From: a virus
Lineage: Duplodnaviria; Caudoviricetes
DNA: 64,000 nt
Reading direction: 5' to 3' (one strand)
IMG/VR virus record: IMGVR_UViG_2934156241_000002
Span: 19,954 to 83,953 of that record
The notes beneath the pieces are model-generated. The model ran no database searches. It had not been told where the DNA came from and saw only the letters and a list, made by a program, of their open reading frames with translations. A program made the position numbers and the translations under genes. Positions 45,801-57,800 of the stretch are shown here, piece after piece (the stretch's first letter is position 1; each line of letters opens with the position of its first letter).

Positions 45801-48800
45801 GACGATGTCGCCCTCCTTGAGGTCCGCGGCCGCCGGAGTATCGATTCCCGCCACCGGGCTGGTGGTCGGGGCGTCGTCGCGGACTTCGCCGGTCACTCGG
45901 AGGCCTTCGGCGCTGCGCGTGATGTTGCCTTCAGCAGTGGCGATGGTGACCTCGTCGCCGTTGACCTCGTCCACGGGGCCCAGGCGGGCGCCGTCGGTGT
46001 CGCTGACGATGTGCTGTGGGCGCACCCGCTGCCCGGACGTGGTCCAGCCGTCGGGGCGTTCGCCACCGGTGACCGTGAGCGAGGACGGTGAGACAGCGGC
46101 GTCGTCTCGGCCGTCGCTCCAGTGCACGGAGACGGTGGTACTGGTGGCTCCGGTGACGGTCCCTTCCCGTTGGTTGGAGCCGACGGTGCTGCCGGGGAAC
46201 ATGCCTCGGCCGTTGCGGTCCGCGGGTATGACGTCGGGCAAGCCACCGGCCCGGAGAGCGCTCTGTGCGCCGCTGACCGGGGAACCGGGCACGACGTCAT
46301 CAGGCGATTCGGCGCGCGCCGCGGTGGCATTGATCGAGGTGTAGACGTTCCCGGCGGCGCCGGTGCCGTCAGGGTTCTCGGTGATCCAGGTCCGCCACAT
46401 CTGTTCGGTGCGCCCGCGGCGGGTCACGTCGACGCGTACGGGCGACGTGTAGACGTACCCGGCTCGCTGAGTCTTCCGGCCCTTCTTCGTGGTGCCGTCC
46501 ATACGGACCATGTCGCCGGGCGCCAGGTCCTCAACACGGGCCCAGTGCGCGGGCTGGCCACCGATCGGTTCCGGGGCCGGCTCCGACTCGGGCTCCACCT
46601 GCGAACGGGCAGTGTCCTCCGGGGGATTCACGGGTTCGTCGGGCGTCGGAACTGCGGGGGACAGCGCGTCGCTGTCGCCCTGCGGCTCGTCGGTGCCGCG
46701 GGGCCGCTGCTCGTCACTATCCGGATCCTTCCCGTGCGGCCGCTGATGGTCGCTCTCCGGATCTCCGAGGCCGTTGAGGAGCTTTCCGGCCCAGAAGGAG
46801 CGGTTGTTGAGTCTGCCGCGCTGTCCCATTGTTCGCCTGGTGTCGGGCAGGAGATCGCTCAGCCCCGCGAAGTCGTCGCGGGCCTGCACCAGGTCGTCCC
46901 GCAGGTCCCCGCTCGGGGACTGATGGCCGCGGAAGGCTTCTAGCAAGGTGGTCAGCCGGTCGTGTCGGGCGCGTGCCTCGGGGACGTTGAGGAGCGACTC
47001 CGGCAGCTCCCACGCCCTGTTTGTCAGGTGCCCAGTCACCGTGCGCCAGACGTCCTCACTCGGGTTCGTAGGGTCCACGGGGCCGTCCCGCAAGGCACGG
47101 ACGACGAGGTTCGCGATGGCCGTATCACGGCTCTGGGAACGGCTGCTCCGGTCGATGTCCAGGCCGAAGAATGGTTCGGCGTCCCATACCGGGCTCCGGT
47201 TGGGATTCGACCGGTAGATGTTGCGGATGTGGCCGATCTGCCGGCCGTGGAGCCACACGGTCTCGCCGTCTCCGATAGGGCGCAGATCGGCCCGGTCGGC
47301 GAACTCCCGCATTTTGTCGTGGCCGCCGAACCGGAACGTGGCGTCTTCCGTGCTCTCAACGTCCCGGGACGGTGCGGGGGCGACGTCGTCGGCCGTGACT
47401 GTGACCGTGTCTTCGGAACCTCCGGCTTCGGCCGTGTCTTCGGAACCTCCGGCTTCGGCCGTGTCTTCGGAACCTCCGGCTTCGGCCGCGCGGCGCTGCT
47501 CCTCCTCGTGAAGGTCGCGGGCAGTGCGTTCGTTTTCGTGGCGCGACCGCTTGAACTGGTTGAAGGTGAGGCGGCCGCCGTTCGCGTCGAACCAGTCCTG
47601 CAGTTCTTCGCTCGCGACGTTTTTCCACCGATCGAACTGGGACATGCTCCCGCCAGAGAAGAGCTCCCGCTCGTCGATCGGTCCGGCCTCGTGCTGTCGG
47701 CGGAAGAAGTACCCGTTGGTGGCGGCGATAGCAGCCAGGTAGCGGGCCTCATCGATGTCAGCGAACTCGGCGCGCAGGGCACGGTCGACTTCTCGCTGCC
47801 GGTACTGCGTGTACGTGAGCCGGCCGTTTCCGGTGGTCTCGCCGTCGCCGTCGAACCAGCGGTTCAGCTCCGGCGAGGCCAGTTCCTTCGCACGCTTGTT
47901 GCTGTACTTGCTGCCGGAGAACAGGGCCCGCGGGTCGATGCCTTGGGCCTCGGCCTCATGGCGGAGCATGCGCCCGCCGGTGGCCTGCATGGCTGCCTGG
48001 AAACGCTCCTCATCGAGGGCGTCGAACTCTCGGCGCAGGCCTCCGGGGGTGGCCGGAGCGGGCTGCGTGACGTCTGTGTCACCGAAGCCGAGAGCCTGGT
48101 CCATGGCGCGGCCGCGGCTCTCCGCCTCGTCGGCGTCCGCTGGCGGCGTGTCCGGCACAGCGGCGCGGATCCGCTCGTCGACGTACCCGTCGCGGCGGTC
48201 CATCTCCGCCATGACGCGGAGCTCATCCGCTGGGCCAAGGCCCTGTCGGAAAGCGGCCTCGAGGGCGGCGTCGTCCAGACCGGTGAGGTCGTCGGGCAAC
48301 GTGAAGGCGCCGTTGCGCTCCTGCTCGTAGTCGTCCTGAACAGCGCGAAGCGCCTGGGGGAGGTTACGGCCTTCCCCGTCGCGCCACGCGGCGACGCTTG
48401 CCGGGCCCCACGCCTCATGCCAGTCGAAGGGGGCGCCGTTGCGATCGGTGATCTCATCGAACCGTCCGGCTAGGGCGCGCGCCTCCTCGGGGTCGTCGGA
48501 GGTCAGGATGATGCCAGGCAGGTTGGTGCCGTTGCGGGCCTGGGCGAAGCGCCACAGGGTGGTGCCGTCCTCCTGCTGTTCCGGCCACGTCACCAGTCCA
48601 CCGCCCGGAGAGAGCTGCAGGCCTTTCCGCTCGGAGGCCTGCGTCAGAGCGGCGCGGCGCTCGGGGGTGTCCTCAGCTGCGGTGAGCCCGTCGCCATTGC
48701 GCCAGGCACGACGAAGGGATTCAACGTCGCGGTGCCTGGCGGGCCGGTTCCCTCGGCCGTTGCTCGCCCTTCCCTCTCCGGGACCGCCTTCGCCGCGGCT

Positions 48801-51800
48801 GCCGTCGGACGCGGGTATGGGCAGGCGGGGCAGGCCAGGGCCGCCGGGACCACCCGGGCCGCCACCTCCAGGCCCACCGCGGCCGTTGCCACGGCGGCGG
48901 CGACGGCGACGCCGGCGCTGCTCGCTGTCCTCGTCCTCGTTTTCGTTCTCCGGGTCCGGTTCGCCCTCGCCGCCGTCCGGCTCGCTGGCAGGGACTGCGC
49001 TGTCGTCTTCGCTTTCCTCGTCGTCGTCCAGCTCGCCGCCAGGGCGGCTGCTTTCGCCCTCATCGGCCGGAATGCCGTCGGGGCCGCTACCGTCGTCCTC
49101 GTCATCGGCCGGGGCATCATCGGGGTCCGGAGCCGCGTCATCATCCGTGGCCGGCAGCGACTCCTCGTCGCCTTCGCCGTCCTCGTCCTCATCCGGCGTC
49201 GGGCTGGGGCCGTTCTGCTCGTCATCCTCGTTGTGCGCGAGGCGGTCGACGCGGTCGGTCAGACTGATGGTGAGCAGGTTGGCGAGGGTGGGTTCGTCGC
49301 CCTCCGGTCCCACATGCAGACGCCACGCCGGTTCCGGCTTCCCCTGGACTGTTCTGGTGACTCGCAAGGGCTCGGCCAGGAGGTGCCCAGACAGGGTTTT
49401 GTCGGACCCGCGGTTCGTCAGCCCGGTCACCCTGACTCGGTCGCCGACGGTGAGGCGGTCCGGCGCGACGATGTTGCCCTCGGCCTCAGCCTCTTGCTGC
49501 TTCTGGCGTTCCTGCTCCTCCGCAGCCCTTCTCGCCGCTCGCATCGCGGCGATCCGCTCCTCCTCTGCCTTCCTCTCCGCTATCCGCTTCTTCTCGGCCG
49601 CGATGAACTCGCGAACGGGTTCCGAGTCCTTATCGGCCCGCACCACGTTGTAGTCGGCCGGCGTGAAACCGAAGCCACCATCAGAGTTGTCCGGGTTGAA
49701 GGTGAGTTCGTCACCAACCACCGACGTCTCTGTGTGCAGCCATGTTGCGTGCTTCGTCCCGCGCGAGTTGGTGTCAAACTTGACGACGGCGTATCCGTCG
49801 CCAGCAGCGATGATGTCGCCCTGCTTCAGCTGCCGGTACGTCGTCAGATGCTCGCCTTCGCGGAGCGGACGCAGGTCTATGGATGCGTTGTGCGCTTCCA
49901 CGGAGAAGGCCCGCAACGCCTGGGCGAATTCGGAAGTATCACCGTCGTGATTGATGTGCGGCCACGCACGGCTGGCGGCCCCGCGAAGGTGGTCAGCGGC
50001 CACGTCACGGTCACCGTTGGCCAGTGCCTCTTCGGCTTCCCGCATTGTCTCCGGGATGGAACCGAGGCCGCCCAGTTCGTCGGCGTCCTCACCCGCTGCC
50101 TGCGCTGCTTCTTCCAGGGCCCTGAACCGTGTCTTCAAGGCCTCCGGCAGCGGCCCATCGGCCAAGACCGCAATGGGCGTTTCGGCGTCCGCTTCCGATG
50201 GGCTGGCCGCGGGACCATCGGCAGCGTCCGGCTGGCTCTGGTCCGCCTCGTTCTCCGGTATCTCCTCATCGGGGTACCGCAGGCGCAGCTCGGAGTCGCT
50301 GTTGTAGAACCGCTCCCGGCCGTCGTCGGTGACGATGCGGGTACGGCCGCGGCCGGTACGTACGGGGGGCTCCGCCACGGTGTGGGTATGGCCGTCTGCA
50401 TCGGTGTACCGATCGCCTTCCTCAAGATCGGCGGCGTTTCGCATACGGGCCGGCCGCAGGGCCGTGGTGTCGCGTCCCTCGGCTGCGGCGAACATGTCCG
50501 GTGTGCCGAGCTCGTCGGCGGGCCGGTCCTCGGGGTTGTCCAGGTCTGGGGCGTTGTCCGCCTGGGGCGTGGTCTGGTCGTCGACGTCGAAGAGGCCGCC
50601 GGGTGTCTCGGTGGTGCGTTTCGGCTTCGGGGCGGGCTTCGGGGCGCGGCCGGCGCGGCGGGCCTCTTCCGCTTCGAGGACCTGCAGGCGGGTTCGGTCC
50701 GCTCCGGAGAGGTCTCCGGCCATGTCCTGGCCCATCAGGTCCACGATCTCGTCGCGGAGTTCCGCGTCGTCCATGGTGGACGGCGCCTTCGACCCGCCGG
50801 GGCGTAGGGCGTCGAGTTGGTCGGACACCTCGTCCGGGGTCAGGGTGACGGTCTCGTTGCTGTCGCTCTCGCCTGCTGGTTGCTGCGTGTCCGGCGCATC
50901 GGCGGGCGGTTCGTCGCCGCTGGCATCCGTGTCCTCCGAGGTACTGAACGGGTCGGCATCGCCCTCCTCGTCGCTCTCGTCGTCGCTTCCGCCCGTCGGT
51001 GTGTCGACCGGTGGCTCGTCGTCGTTGCCGCCCGCGCCAGAGGCGGGGGACAACGCCTCTTCTTCGGCCGGCACGTCAACGTTTGAGTCGGTGGCGGCCG
51101 AGTCGCGTTCGTTGTCGGGCGTCTGCGGAGCGTCGTTGCCCGGCGTGGGGTTGGGCTCGGGGCGGAGGCGGGCGAGAGTGTCGCGTACTTCGTCCTCGGG
51201 GAGGTGCACCGTGTCGTCCTGCTCCGGCGCCGGGTTGTCCAGGTCCCACTGCATGAGGGCGAACTCGGCCTCTTCGACGGCTGCCTGTAGCGGCTCGCGC
51301 TCCTCACGGCGCGCCGTGGCGATCTTGTCGCGGTCGGCCTGCTTGTACTTCTTCTTGTCGAGTTCGTCGGGGTCGATCTCAGGCTTCGCGTCGAGGTTCG
51401 TGATGCGGCCGACGATTTCCTCGAGCAGGTTCGCCCGTGTACGGGCGTGGTTGATCTGGGGCGTGAGATCGGCGGCGGCGTGCGCGGACTGGAGGAGTGC
51501 GATCTGCTCGTCCAACTCGGGCACCTTGGCTCGGTCCGACTCCTGCAGGGCGGGTGCCTTGTCGAGCGCGTTGGACAGTCGGGTGATCATGCCCGACCCG
51601 GCGCCCTTCTTCTGCAGGTCGTTTACCGTCCGCTCGAACGTCGAGTTCCGCAGGTCGGGGAACCCGACGTGTGCGAAGAGTTGGCCGTTCGCGTCTCGTT
51701 CGGTGCGGACGCCGAAGTCGAGGCCGCGAAACTGGCCCAGGACGTGCCAGGGGCCCATTCCCTCGCGGTCGTGCTCCAGGAGGCGGGCGGTGATCTGCCG

Positions 51801-54800
51801 GTGCAGGGCCTTGCCAGCGTCGGAGCGCTCCCCGTACGGGGATCCGCCGAGCGTCATGCTGAACCGGTCGTCGGCTGCCTGGATGCGAGGGAGGGCCTGC
51901 TCGCGCCGCTGGAGGCCTTCGCGGGTGTCCTGGGCTTCCTGGCCCAGATCCTGGAGGGCTTCGCCGCGGCGGATGCGTTCGGCGGCCTCGTTGTGCTGGT
52001 CGATCTCAAGTTCCTTGAGCGCGCGGCGGGCCTTCATGAGCTGGCTCATGTAGGGGTTGCCGCCGATCTCGGCTTCCATGGTCTCGTAGTCGAACTCGGC
52101 GCCGTCGATCTCCTGGACGACGTCGCTGGAGTCGCCGTCCTCCGGCTCCGGCCGCTGGATGTCGATCAGGCCCGCGGCCTTCGCAGCGACGAATCCGGCC
52201 TTCCAGCCGTCCATGGAGCCCTTGGTCGCGAAGATGTCGATCTCGACCTCGGGGTTCATGTTCCCGTAGCGCAGGACACGGCCGTTGCGCTGCTCCATCT
52301 GCGCGGCGCCCCAGTCGAGGTCGACGTGGGAGAGGGAGATCATGCGGTCCTGGGCGTTCATGCCCACACCCGCGACGGCGCTGGAGCCGATCATGACGGA
52401 GATGTCGCCCTCGCGGGCGCGGCGGAACAGCTCCGTCATGTCCTCGGGCTTGCCGGTCTTCTTGGCGTCCTGGACGAAGGCGATCTTGTCCTCGGGGATG
52501 CCACCGGCCACCATGAGGCGCTTGAGCTCGGCGTAGGCGTCGAAGTTGCCCTTGTTCTTGCCGCCCGGTACGCCTTCGTTCAGGAAGATCATCTGGAGGG
52601 CGCCCGGGACGGGGTGGTCCGCGTTCTTGCCGTACGCGACCTTGTAGGTCCGGTCCTTCGTGGCGTGGTACCGCTCGATGTGCCGGTCCGCGACGGCCTT
52701 GAGCTTGTTGCCGGCCGGGGCGTTCGGATCGACGATGCGGGGGTCCAGGGCCACGCTGGTGCCCTCGTTGGACACCGCGAGCATGTTGTCCTCGTGGCGG
52801 TCGACCTCGCCTGTGTGTATCGCGCGGCCGCGTTCGACGAGCCCCTTGAGGCGCTTCTTCTGGTCGGGCGTCGCGTCGACCATGATCAGGTTGGGGGCGC
52901 CGCCCTTGACCTTGGGCCGGGGGATACCGACGTCGGCCGCCCGCTTGGTGTCGGTGGTCAGGCCCCACATGGTCTTCATGGCGCGCTTGTTGTGGAACTC
53001 GGAGAACCGCTCCACGACGCGCAGGCCGGAGCCGTCGGGCGCGTTCTCGATGCGCAGGGTCTTGCGGCCGAAGGTGTTGGCCCACAGATCCGGGGCGCCC
53101 GCCCTGTAGGCGTCCAGCACCCACGGGGAGGCGAACGACAGCATGGTGAACTGCTCGCTGATGCTGTTGGACATCGGCGTGCCGGTGGCGAGGGTGATCG
53201 TGGCCCGGCCCTGGCGACGGCGGTGCAGGTCGGTGGTCTTCTGGTGCAGGTCAACGCCGCGGATGGATGCCGGGTCGCCGCCGCCCTCCTTGGAGCGGAA
53301 GCCGACGCCCTTGTACCGGTGGGCCTCGTCGACAACGAAGTAGTCGAAGCCGAGGTCGTCCCAGTACGTCTCGCCGGGACGCCGCATCGGGGCAGCGTTT
53401 TTGTTGATGTTCTTGCTGACCGTCGCGATGCGCTGCTCGATCTTCGCGACGATGAAGGGGTGGCTCGGGTTGGTAGCGTCCTCGTACTGGCGGTCAAGCT
53501 GCTCGCGCAGCGCCTCCAGTTCCCGGAACGCGTAGTCGTCCTGCGCCTCCGGGCTCATCTTGATGGCGCCGAACGCTTCTTCGGTGAAGATGACCAGGTC
53601 AGGGCGGTTTGCGCGCAGCCATTCCAGGGTGCTGCCGCGCCGGTCGCCGGCCAGGTCCGCCGTAGTGATCAGGTGGATGTCGGCGTTCGGGTACAGGAAC
53701 CGGGCCTCGTCGGCCCACTGCTTGGCCAGTCCGTTCGGGACCACGGCCATCGGCTTGTTGATCTGCCCGGACGCCTTGAGCGCCTGGGTGCCTATGACGA
53801 GCGTTCCGGTCTTGCCGAGACCGACCTCGTGGGCGAGGATCACGCCTCGTTCGAACTGCATCCGCGCGGCGCCGGAGAGCTGCCAGGGGTGCGGCGTCCG
53901 GTCGGGGGTGTAGCCCTCGAGCGTGGGCGACATGCCCTCGTACGAACGGACGATGTGCCCGTTCATGATGCGGTTGTACGAGTCGGTGAGGACCGTCAGC
54001 CGGTCTGCGTTCGCCGTGGCGTACTTGGCGAACTCGGCACGCATCTGGTCGGCCTTCTGCCGAATCAGACGGGACGTAACCTCGTCGACTTCCTTGCGCT
54101 TTTCGTCCTCGTAGACGGTCAGCGAGCCGTAGCCGAGGATCGCGCGGGCGATCTCCGCGGCGTTCTTGCCCTTGTTGCCCTTGATGCCCTTGCCCGGGTC
54201 GGGCTTGACGGCGGGAACGCCGTACATGACGTTGTTCGCCTCGGGCACACGGCCGGTGTTGAGGATCCAGCCGTACCGGTCGTCGTGCGCAACGTTGAGG
54301 GTGCGATCACCCAGGTACTCGCGGAGGAAGCCCTGCAGGAGTTCCGGCGGCGTCCAGTGGGCGCCCATCTCGGGCGTGAACTGGCCGATGGTCCGGTCGC
54401 GGGGCTGGACGGCCTCCAGCGACGCCACGTTGACGGCATACGCCGGATCCCGCTCGGCGGCCTTGCGGGCGGCGTCGAGCTTGTCGCGAACGGCACCGGA
54501 CAGGTACGCGCTGGCCAGTTCGAGGCGGCCGGTGGCCGGGTCGGTGAAGACCTCGGTGCCGAGCCGCTTCAACGCCTCCTGCGGGGTGACGTCGAGGAGC
54601 CGTGCGACCTCCCCGAGGTCCACCTCACCGTTCGCGGCGACGACTGCGGCCAGGGCCGCCTTCGGATCGTCGGTCGACGTCAGCGGCTGGCGGCGTGCAG
54701 CGGCGCGCTCGGTGAAGATGCGGGAGAGAACCGGCTCACCCGTCTTGGCGTCCCACCGCTCCAGGGCGAGGACGGCCCCGGCGTCCGGGTCGGCCCGAAA

Positions 54801-57800
54801 GTAGCCCCACGCGGTCGGGCGGTCGTTCTTCGTGCGGTGCTGGCCCGGCCTGGACAGCGGCCCGTGCTTTTCGACGTAGGCGGCGTGCAGGTTCCGGAGC
54901 TCGGCGCGCAGCGCTTCGGCGCGGTCCTCCTCGTCATTCTTCCGGTCGAGCTCGCGAAGTCCGGCGGCGACGTCGCGGAGCCGCATGAGGTCGCGGAGCT
55001 GGGCAGTGTTGCCGTCGGCCGGCTCCATCCGGACCGGTTCGGCGCCGTTGACGTGCTGGTAGAACGCGCCGTCGTCGCCCTCGTACAGGCGGCCGGTCCA
55101 GTCGTTGGCGTGCTTCTCCCGGGCAGTCTGGAGCTGCACCGCGGGCCGGTCGTCGCCGTCGGGGTGCGGTGCGTAGCCGCGGCCGTCGGCCTTCGCCTTG
55201 GTGGCGATGTCGTCGAGCGCGGCACGCAGCTGCTCAGCGGCCTTGGCCGCGTCGCCCTTGACGGTGACTTCGGGTCCGAACGGGCCGGACTGTGTGGTCA
55301 GCTCGCCGAGGATGTGCTCGGGGTGCTCGTCGAAGTACGCGTTGACGTGGTGCGGTGTGCCGTTGATGTCCCGCTCGGGGGCGTCCAGCCACGACGTGTC
55401 GGCCGGCTCGCTGCCGTCCTCGCGGCGGCGGAACACCAGGACGTCGGTAGTGACCCCGGTGCCGGCGTCGTTGAACACACCGGACGGGAGTCGGACGGCG
55501 CCCACCAGGTCGCCGTACTTGGCCATCTGGCGGCGGGCCTTGTCGCCCTTGGAGTCCAGCGTCTGGCGTGAGGTGATGACGGCGGTGATCCCGCCGGGCC
55601 GGACGAGGGCTATCTCCTTGGTGACGAACCCGTTGTGCAGGCTCTCGGCCGGGTACCGCTTGTCGTCGAACGGGATACGGGCGAAGGGAACGTTGCCGAT
55701 CGCGGCATCGAACGTCCCAGGGTGGGCGTCGGTCTCGGCGAAGGACTCGTTGAGGATGTTGGCGTGGGGGTAGATCGCCTGAGCGATCCGGGCCGTGGTC
55801 GGATCGAGCTCGACACCGGTCAGGCGTGCACCATCGGGGGCGACGCCGAAGAACGTGCCCGCGCCGGAACCGGCCTCCAGGACGTCACCGCGGTCGAACC
55901 CGAGCGCGCGCAGACCATCCCACATCGCATCGGCGATCGGCTGCGGCGTGTAGTGCATGGACAGCACACCGCGGGACGCCTGCCGGAACTCGATTGGGGT
56001 GAGAACCCTCTGCAGCTCACGGCGGATATCGTCGTACTCGGACCACCGCTCGTGGTCACGGTCAAACTTGCCGTGCCGCGTGCCGCCCTGCTGGTAGCGG
56101 GGCTCCTTCGCGTTCGGCTCGGTGGCGAAAATAACGGGGACCGAGCCCCACCCGGACCAACGGGCAAGGATGCGCTTCTCGTCGTCGGTGGCCGGCCGGT
56201 TCTCAGCCTCCAGGGCCTTGAGGACCCTGATCGCCTCGACGTTGGCGGTAGCGCGGGCGCGAGCGCCCTTCGGTACGTCGGCCGGGTCCGGCCGGAACCG
56301 CGCTACGCGTCGTACATCAGATCCCTGATCTCCTGCAGGTGCTGCTCCATCGCCGTCTGCTCCGGAGCCGTCTCCGCCCCGGGCTCCGGCTCGGGCAGGA
56401 GCTCCGCCAGAACCATCGCCGTCGCGTCCGCCCTGATCTGCCTGATCCGGCCGGCTGCCGCCTCGTACTCCTCCGGCTCCGGAACCGCGCTCTCCAGCGC
56501 CTCCTCGGCCACCAGAATCCTGCTCTCGATCTCCTGGGCTTTCGCCGTCACGAACGCCTCGGGGTCGGTCATCGCTGCCCATTCCTTGGGCAGGTGCGTC
56601 CGCCAGTGATCCCGGACCGTCGGGCTGAACATGTTCATCGTCGTCGCCTCCCAGCGCTGCACGGAGTGCGGCCTGCTGTGCCTCGATCTCCTCGCGGGAG
56701 ATGACCTTCTGGTCGTCGTCCCCGCCATTCTTGCGGACTGCCTCCCGCGTCGCCTCAATCGTGTGCAGAGCCACGTTGATGGAAGCGAGCCGGGTCTTGG
56801 CCTTCGACCGGTCCGAGCTGTCCGAGTCCCGGTCCGTGGCCTGCACGGATACCTTGCGTGCCAGCTCCTCCGTCACCCGGTTCAGCTCGGCGAGCAGGCC
56901 TTCGGGAACCGACAGGTTCCGGCCCTTGATGTGGCGGCCCTTCTTGTTGCTGGGGATCAGCGGGTTCACACCGTCGTGCCAGCCGTACTGGCTCGCGAAC
57001 AGGCCGTACAGGTACTGCCGTTCTGCTGACGCCGTTGACAGGCGGTCGCCGAGCCGGTTGCTCTGGTACAGCTCGAAGAACATCTTCGGAACGAACACGC
57101 GATGCGCCCGGCCCCAGGTGCGTTCGCCGATACGGTCGTCGTCGGTGTCGTACGCGCGGACCATCGCGGCCAGAGCTGCGGCACGCGAGTGGTAGACCTC
57201 GGGGCCGTGCCCCCAGCTTTCCTTGCCCCAGGTCCATCCGAGTTTTGGGCGGGCGTGGCCGGTCGTCGCGATGTAGTCGATGAACCCGTAGCCACTGCGG
57301 CCGTCGATGCTGATCTGGCCGTTGGAGTCCGGGTTGTCGATCCTGACGAGTAGCTGCTCAACATCGGGGGTCGTGTCGCGGCGGTTCAGCTCTGCCTCGA
57401 TCGCCGCCATCCGGTCCTTGCGGGCCGCCTTGATGTCGTCTGTCTCGGAGTACGAGGAACGTGTGGCTTGGAGCTCGCTGTACTCCTTGATCAGCTTCTC
57501 GGTGTCGACACCGTCCGGGGATTCACGGTCCGTGATGGCACGCTTCTCGCGCTCGCGCCGCTCCCGCTTCACGTCGTCCATCCGCGCCTGCAGGACCTGC
57601 TGCGCCTCGGGGGGCGCCTTCCGGAAGTCGCGGACGATCAGATCGTGGTACTCGTCCGTCAGGGCTTCGTCGTCGAGGTCTGCGACCGGGGGCCGGTCGG
57701 CGATCTGCTCGGCGCGGCGGCGCTGCTGCTCGCCGACGAGCCGGTCGTGGCGGGCCTGCAGGGCCTGTCGAACGGTCTGCTCCGCGGTGTGGTCGTCACC

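Noticed and set aside
44780-50440. Intein/Hint domains suggested by LxxGD motifs
   Set aside because: No N-terminal Cys block or C-terminal HN-(C/S/T) was seen.
51447-55571. 1374-aa plus-strand ORF and many other long antisense ORFs
   Set aside because: Antisense shadows of high-GC3 minus-strand genes; no motifs or RBS.
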